Positions 59,031 through 64,000 of a stretch of 64,000 bases of DNA are shown here, piece by piece. The notes below the pieces were generated by a model that worked only from the letters and a program-made list of their open reading frames with translations, made no database searches and had not been told where the DNA came from. This DNA is from an uncultured Bacteriovoracaceae bacterium (GTDB taxonomy: Bacteria; Bdellovibrionota; Bacteriovoracia; Bacteriovoracales; Bacteriovoracaceae), in contig CAXGUD010000012.1 in assembly GCA_964012805.1 (NCBI GenBank), positions 42,311 through 106,310 of the forward strand, written 5' to 3'. The translations under genes were made by a program, and so were the position numbers. The first letter of the stretch is position 1. Every line of letters starts with the position of its first letter.

Positions 59031-59810
59031 TTAATTTTCGTCTTCTCCGTCATCCATTACATCAATATCACAAGTTTGAATTGCTGATGCACTAACATTT
59101 CCAGAGCCTGCACCAAAACCAGCTCCACCAGATCCGTTCAAGCAAAGGAAACGAACACTTGGGCTTGAAATATTTGTTCCTTGAAGATCAATATCATCAT
59201 CAGATGACATATAACCTTGAGCAATAAGGTTTAGGTCAGCATTTGAAAGGTGTGACTTTTGAAAACATTCTGTTCCGATGGAAGAGCCATTCCCACCAAC
59301 TCCATAAAGGTGTTTTACAGAAACGTGAGAATCATTAAGGCAATTATTTCTTGGCTCGTAATCATCTCTAAACACAGCACCATAATTAACTTCTTTACCG
59401 GTGTCGTGCTGATTACAAGTTTGTAAACTTAAAGCATTAATATTGGCCGAAGCAGAACCAAAACCAGCTCCACCAACACCGTTAGAGCAAACATATTCTG
59501 TGCTTGCATCTAAAATGTCATTTAAGCTATTTTCAATATCATCATCGTGAGCAATCAAACCAAACTGTGTTAGAAGACTTCCAGAAAAAGACCTAAGTGA
59601 GGAAACGTGAACACATCTTTGTCCTAAAGCGTGACCATCTCCACCAATACCGCCTATGCTTTTAACATTAGCCTCAGTATCGTTAACACAATTATTGTAT
59701 GGCTCGTAATCATCCATTCCTCCACGGTGGCCACCGTATCCTCTTCCTAATGCAGAAGTAGCAACCGTTAAAGCAAGAACAGCCATTGAAGTTTTTTTTA
59801 AGTAATTCAT
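59031..59810 (-). CDS. Secreted protein with two tandem Cys/Gly-rich repeats of roughly 100 aa
   Basis: Signal peptide MNYLKKTSMAVLALTVATSALG (GGAG RBS); repeats begin DDYEPYNNC and DDYEPRNNC and end GGAGFG...QTC. Confidence 0.85.
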   Translation of the reverse strand: MNYLKKTSMAVLALTVATSALGRGYGGHRGGMDDYEPYNNCVNDTEANVKSIGGIGGDGHALGQRCVHVSSLRSFSGSLLTQFGLIAHDDDIENSLNDILDASTEYVCSNGVGGAGFGSASANINALSLQTCNQHDTGKEVNYGAVFRDDYEPRNNCLNDSHVSVKHLYGVGGNGSSIGTECFQKSHLSNADLNLIAQGYMSSDDDIDLQGTNISSPSVRFLCLNGSGGAGFGAGSGNVSASAIQTCDIDVMDDGEDEN

Positions 59811-60092
59811 AATTTTTTTCTCCGTTAAAAAACTGTTAATATTAAAATTAAAAACCAAATCATCCATGAAACCTTTTTACCCGGGTAAATAAAAAATATT
59901 CATTCAAAAAAACAAGCGAGAAGATGTTGGAAAAAAAATTATAAGTCAATAAAAAATTATTTTTTTATTTTTTTTTTTGTAACAAATGTTCATAAAATTA
60001 AAAGAACATTCTAAGGACAAAAAATTTATTTTTTATTTTTATAAAAATAAAATTTAGGAAAAATATATAAAAATTGAAAAAAAAATGTTGGG

Positions 60093-60270
60093 AAACTAAA
60101 AACTAAAAACTAAAAACTAAAAACTAAAAACTAAAAACTAAAAAATAAAAAATAAAAAATAAAAAATAAAAACTAAAAATTAAAAAATTAAAAAATTAAA
60201 AAATTAAAAAATTAAAAAATTAAAAAATTAAAAATTAAAAATTAAAAAATAAAAAATTAAAAGCTAAAAA
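60093..60270. repeat. Degenerate 7-8 bp tandem repeat (CTAAAAA / ATAAAAA / TTAAAAAA blocks)
   Basis: Directly visible A-tract microsatellite of more than 20 units in the divergent intergenic region. Confidence 0.9.
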
Positions 60271-60274
60271 AAAA

Positions 60275-60302
60275 TTGACTTTTTTTAAAAAATTATTATA
60301 AA
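60275..60302 (+). promoter_or_regulatory. Possible sigma70 promoter
   Basis: TTGACT-N16-TATAAA immediately after the repeat tract. Confidence 0.4.
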
Positions 60303-60482
60303 GGGGGGCACCAAACATTGAAGTTAATTGCTTTCAAATTTAGGAAAGGTAAATTTTTTTTAGTATTTTCAATTTTACGAGTTCTTTTATAGCCTCTTCG
60401 ATCTTGATTCTTACTAAAATATTTAAAAAATAATTTTTCTCTTCTTTATTAAAGAGAAGGAAGAGTTTTACGTTTTTGGAAA

Positions 60483-61247
60483 ATGATTCTAAAAGGAATT
60501 TTATTTGTGAAAAATCGCTCTTTTATAATGCTATCTTTTCTTATTTGTTTAATATCTTGCGGTAAAGGACCTAACCGACCAACTTCTTCAATAAGTGCTC
60601 ATGATGCCAACAGGTTTGTCGAGCAACTTAATCATGACGCTTATGCTTTTGAATACTTCCATTTGGTAAAGCCTCAAACAAATGAATATGGTGGTTGGAT
60701 AGTCGTTGACTATTATAAAGAAGGTAATTTTTCAAAATCTTATGCGGTTAATGTTGATTGGTTTGAAAAAAGCAATTATCCGACGAGCTTAGGCTATTAT
60801 GAATGGTGGAAAGATTCATCTATAGCAGTTAAATATAATCAAAGGGATGGTTTATATTATGGAGGAGGGTACAAATTTGAAGAAAAAGCGACCTCGATAA
60901 AAGATTTAGAAAAAATTGCCAATAAAATAGAGATAATAAACCGATATAAAATCTCCAACCACCTTGCAAATAGGTATGGATTAAGCGAAGAAAGATCCCT
61001 TAAAATTGCCAAATTGGTCCAAAATTGGAAAAAAGTTTCCAAAAAAAGACAAATGAGTGAAGCAGACAGCAAAAGGTTTTTTGAAAAAGTTGTTGGAGTC
61101 TCTTTTGTATCAACTATAGAAGCCTTAAACTTAAAGTCTCAGGGTGATCAAACATCTTTTGACGCTCTTATTGAAAAGGCAAGTGAATACAATGGGGTAG
61201 ACCCAGAGAGTTTTAAAGAAATTTTGGATAAATTTATGGTCTATTAA
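60483..61247 (+). CDS. Hypothetical lipoprotein
   Basis: Lipobox-like LISC; helical C-terminus YGLSEERSLKIAKL. Confidence 0.7.
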   Translation: MILKGILFVKNRSFIMLSFLICLISCGKGPNRPTSSISAHDANRFVEQLNHDAYAFEYFHLVKPQTNEYGGWIVVDYYKEGNFSKSYAVNVDWFEKSNYPTSLGYYEWWKDSSIAVKYNQRDGLYYGGGYKFEEKATSIKDLEKIANKIEIINRYKISNHLANRYGLSEERSLKIAKLVQNWKKVSKKRQMSEADSKRFFEKVVGVSFVSTIEALNLKSQGDQTSFDALIEKASEYNGVDPESFKEILDKFMVY

Positions 61248-61289
61248 AAGCTTAAGGACTTTAAAAGATCAAATAAGTCCTTTGCAAAA

Positions 61290-63299
61290 CTATTTACCTT
61301 TCCTTTTTAGGCCTTCAAAAGAAACGCTTTTGGAATTTATAAGGACTAGGTTGCCTTTGGGTATTCTTTCCCCCTCCCATTGTACCACAAGGTGAATATC
61401 ACCTTTTTGGATTAAGTTTAAAATTTCGTGGAAGGTAAAGTTATTTTGAGAGAGTCCTTTTCCAAAATCAGCAAAATTTTTGGAAAAGGCCTTAAAGTTA
61501 TTGTTTTTAATATTTTTATCCATTTTTTTAAGGGATTTGAAAGCTAGATCCATCCCTTTTTTGATCCCACTTATTATTTTTTTCTTACAAATGGCCCTTC
61601 CAAGGACGCTTTTTGCGCCTACTTTGACGACCGTACATATTTCCCACCTTTTATTTTCTTTGTTTTCAAACCAGGCCTTTGCCTTTTTAAGGGGTCCATC
61701 AACCCACTTTTCGCCCTCTTTATTTGCCTTTGTAATTAATTCCTCAATCGCTTTCATTCCGATCATTAGGTCAGCTGAAATTTTTGTGGGCCCTAAAACT
61801 TTTCTTCCTTTTTTAGAGTTTAAAGGAATCTTTTTACCTCTAATTAAAACGGCTTCACCTCTAAAGCTTAAGTATTTTCTGACATTAACGGCCGCTTGTT
61901 TAATTTTTAAATCACTTAATTTTTCTTTAAATCCAATCCTTCTTATAAGGTTCATAATTTCTTCTTCTAACTCCCCTTCGAGCAATTTTTTAGAATGGTA
62001 TTGGTATTTATAATTGCCTGAAAAGCGGTTACTAAAGATCGAATCACCCTTTGGGGTATGTTTAAAAATTCTTTGGTGAGTTCCTGCAAACATGGCCAGC
62101 CTATAATTACTTCTTTTTAAAAGACCGAATGTTTCTCTTTCATCTTTGTAAACACCTAGGTTTGTTTTTACCGTAACGTTGGACCCTCCCATTTTAGTTT
62201 CCGTGACAACAAAGCTTTTGCCTTTTTTTGCCTTAAGGCTTACAAGACCTGGGAAAGCAAACCTAATTTTTCTCTCATGTCCAGAAACCTTAGACTTATA
62301 ATTCATAAGAGGGCGGACTGGTTTTACCATCATCCTTGTGGCAAATTTTCTTATTCCGTTTTGAGTTGAAGTAAAGGCCCTGACGGCCTTTACTTTAGCC
62401 GCAAGCTGTTGGGCGGGAATAATATTTCCCATCAAAAACTTTTTGTAGGCCTCAAGCCCTAGAGGACTCGCCAAGTTAAACTCAAAAAAAGTGCCTACCC
62501 CGACGCCATCAAATTTATTAATTTCACCTCTTAATTTAATAACAATCGCTTTGGCACCCGCATAAGCAATCAGCTTAAAAAGCTTCTGCTTGACGTACCT
62601 TGCCTGAACTGTTGAAGGGCCTGTTTTTTTCACATGACAGATCCAGGTCCCTTCACCCACAAAACCAACATTCACGCTTGCGCCGGCCCCGACTTTCCAA
62701 ATCTTAGCCGAAACTCCGGCCCCAATCATGAGTCCAAGACCTCCCTTAACTGAATAATTAAATGAATCGCCAATTTCATACTTTTTTAAGAGCTCGAGGT
62801 TGTAGGGAATCTTTAAAAAAGGAGGTAATTTTTTAATATCCTTGTACTTTTTAACAAAAATTTCCCCAACCATGCCAGCGCCAATTTCGGCAAAAACACC
62901 AACCTGAGGGCCAGCAGAAACCGGTAAAAGGTCAGTTCCTACTGTTATACCTCCTAATCCTCCTAGTGCATCGACAGGTAAAGTTATGTCTCTTACTTTA
63001 AAATATTTCGTCACTAAAAAGCCTGAACCATCGTTTGGGGGAGGAGCATTCTCTTCGTATTTAGCATCCACTTTAAAAGCTGAATCTTTGGAAAGGTTTA
63101 TAATCGTTTGTCCCTTTTCAATTTCAGCAATATAGGCAAGGGTTGTGAGAGTTGATTTGGGGCCTGTAAAGTCATCGGGAAGGGGAACGGTATGGGTGAC
63201 GTTACCTGAATTGTCGACAAGCATTCCATCGGGTATCCAGTCGTCTGCATTTCCACTAAAACTTAAAAAAATGAGCGTTATAATTAAAAAAGACTTCAT
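61290..63299 (-). CDS. Large secreted hypothetical protein, beta-rich and basic
   Basis: Signal peptide ending GNA; Gly-rich alternating beta-strands (GGLGLMIGAGVSAKIWKVGAGASVNVGF). Confidence 0.7.
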   Translation of the reverse strand: MKSFLIITLIFLSFSGNADDWIPDGMLVDNSGNVTHTVPLPDDFTGPKSTLTTLAYIAEIEKGQTIINLSKDSAFKVDAKYEENAPPPNDGSGFLVTKYFKVRDITLPVDALGGLGGITVGTDLLPVSAGPQVGVFAEIGAGMVGEIFVKKYKDIKKLPPFLKIPYNLELLKKYEIGDSFNYSVKGGLGLMIGAGVSAKIWKVGAGASVNVGFVGEGTWICHVKKTGPSTVQARYVKQKLFKLIAYAGAKAIVIKLRGEINKFDGVGVGTFFEFNLASPLGLEAYKKFLMGNIIPAQQLAAKVKAVRAFTSTQNGIRKFATRMMVKPVRPLMNYKSKVSGHERKIRFAFPGLVSLKAKKGKSFVVTETKMGGSNVTVKTNLGVYKDERETFGLLKRSNYRLAMFAGTHQRIFKHTPKGDSIFSNRFSGNYKYQYHSKKLLEGELEEEIMNLIRRIGFKEKLSDLKIKQAAVNVRKYLSFRGEAVLIRGKKIPLNSKKGRKVLGPTKISADLMIGMKAIEELITKANKEGEKWVDGPLKKAKAWFENKENKRWEICTVVKVGAKSVLGRAICKKKIISGIKKGMDLAFKSLKKMDKNIKNNNFKAFSKNFADFGKGLSQNNFTFHEILNLIQKGDIHLVVQWEGERIPKGNLVLINSKSVSFEGLKRKGK

Positions 63300-63441
63300 G
63301 GAGAACCCCTTTTAAAATATCTTTTTTGAATTATACCGGACTAATGGAGATTTAATTTTTAAATTTAAAAGTATTTAAAAGAGCAAATAAGTTAGTTGGT
63401 TAACTAAACTTTTTTTATAAAAAAAATGTGTGGGAATTTTT

Positions 63442-63765
63442 TTAATTATTAAGAATAGATCCAAAAAGTATGTAAATAAAAGTTCCTCCAAAGATGCTTA
63501 AAAGAGGCTTTTCAAAAAGCTTTTGAAGGATTAGGACGGCAATGATGCCAACTAATTCTTCTTTAAAGTTAAACGCTTTTTGAAAAGTATCATGAGGAAG
63601 GGAAGAAAAAACTAAAATCGGCATTATCATTAAGGGTAAGTGATTTCCTAAATAAATAATAAAAGGTTTATCCTTTAGTTTCTTACCAAAAAGAAAAGGT
63701 GTAAGCCTTGTTAGAAAGGTCACGAGGGCCATCAAAAAAATAATAGTGAGGATATTGATATTCAT
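63442..63765 (-). CDS. azlD: AzlD family branched-chain amino acid exporter subunit
   Basis: VTFLTRLTPFLF, YLGNHLP..IM.ILV, LLSIFGGT. Confidence 0.85.
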   Translation of the reverse strand: MNINILTIIFLMALVTFLTRLTPFLFGKKLKDKPFIIYLGNHLPLMIMPILVFSSLPHDTFQKAFNFKEELVGIIAVLILQKLFEKPLLSIFGGTFIYILFGSILNN

Positions 63766-64000
63766 ACATTTTCCTCCCTATTTTGACCTTTTTTTAAGGA
63801 GTAGGTTTTAGCATAATTTAGAGAAAGGTAACTAAAGCTAAAAATAAGGGAAAGTAGGAGTGCCCATTTTGGTAAAAAAAGATAAAAAAAGAAAGCACCA
63901 AATACTGAAATGAAAAGTGACTTTTTCGAGGGGTTCTTTTTAAACTGCTCGTAGCTTAAAACCACAAAAAGTGCCGTTAAAATAAACTCCAGACCTTTAA
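63762..64000 (-). CDS. azlC: AzlC family permease (3' part only; start lies beyond the window)
   Basis: Frame continues to the window edge: KGLEFILTALFVVLSYEQF; stop overlaps the azlD start. Confidence 0.8.
   Translation of the reverse strand, partial: KGLEFILTALFVVLSYEQFKKNPSKKSLFISVFGAFFFYLFLPKWALLLSLIFSFSYLSLNYAKTYSLKKGQNREENV

Noticed and set aside
60093..60270. Considered as a CRISPR array or iteron cluster
   Set aside because: Units are 7-8 bp with no spacers, and no cas or rep genes are nearby.
61480..62013. 177-aa plus-strand ORF
   Set aside because: Antisense to the Lys-rich 669-aa gene; its Phe/Leu-rich composition is the expected mirror artefact.

Overview
Strongly AT-rich bacterial chromosomal segment. 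The gene content suggests a Bdellovibrionota/Bacteriovoracaceae-type predator (inference): several membrane-anchored Hpt+HATPase CheA-like kinases, orphan family-3 solute-binding proteins, many secreted hydrolases and signal-peptide hypotheticals, and sigma28-like promoters. Recognisable genes include yccA-like, dbpA, maf, uvrA, a DsbA-like protein, GST and azlCD. No rRNA, tRNA, CRISPR array, transposase or integrase was seen. Three loci stand out. (1) A six-gene minus-strand operon (54584-59810) of secreted, mostly Cys-rich proteins built from a shared nested-disulfide Gly-rich hairpin module and ending in an exported ankyrin protein; a candidate new fibre/tube/pore or effector-immunity system. 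(2) A eukaryote-type choline/carnitine O-acyltransferase that appears to lack the carnitine-carboxylate ligands, coupled to an SMR exporter, with a CHT1/SLC5A7-like symporter 9 kb away; a possible bacterial acetylcholine-like pathway. (3) A three-gene operon (51553-53324) carrying six copies of one amphipathic beta-hairpin unit. Smaller observations: a probable ATT start codon, an SPFH pseudogene relic, a small-ORF operon with direct-repeat operators, an orphan ammonia-lyase/dehydratase trio and a 7-8 bp tandem repeat.
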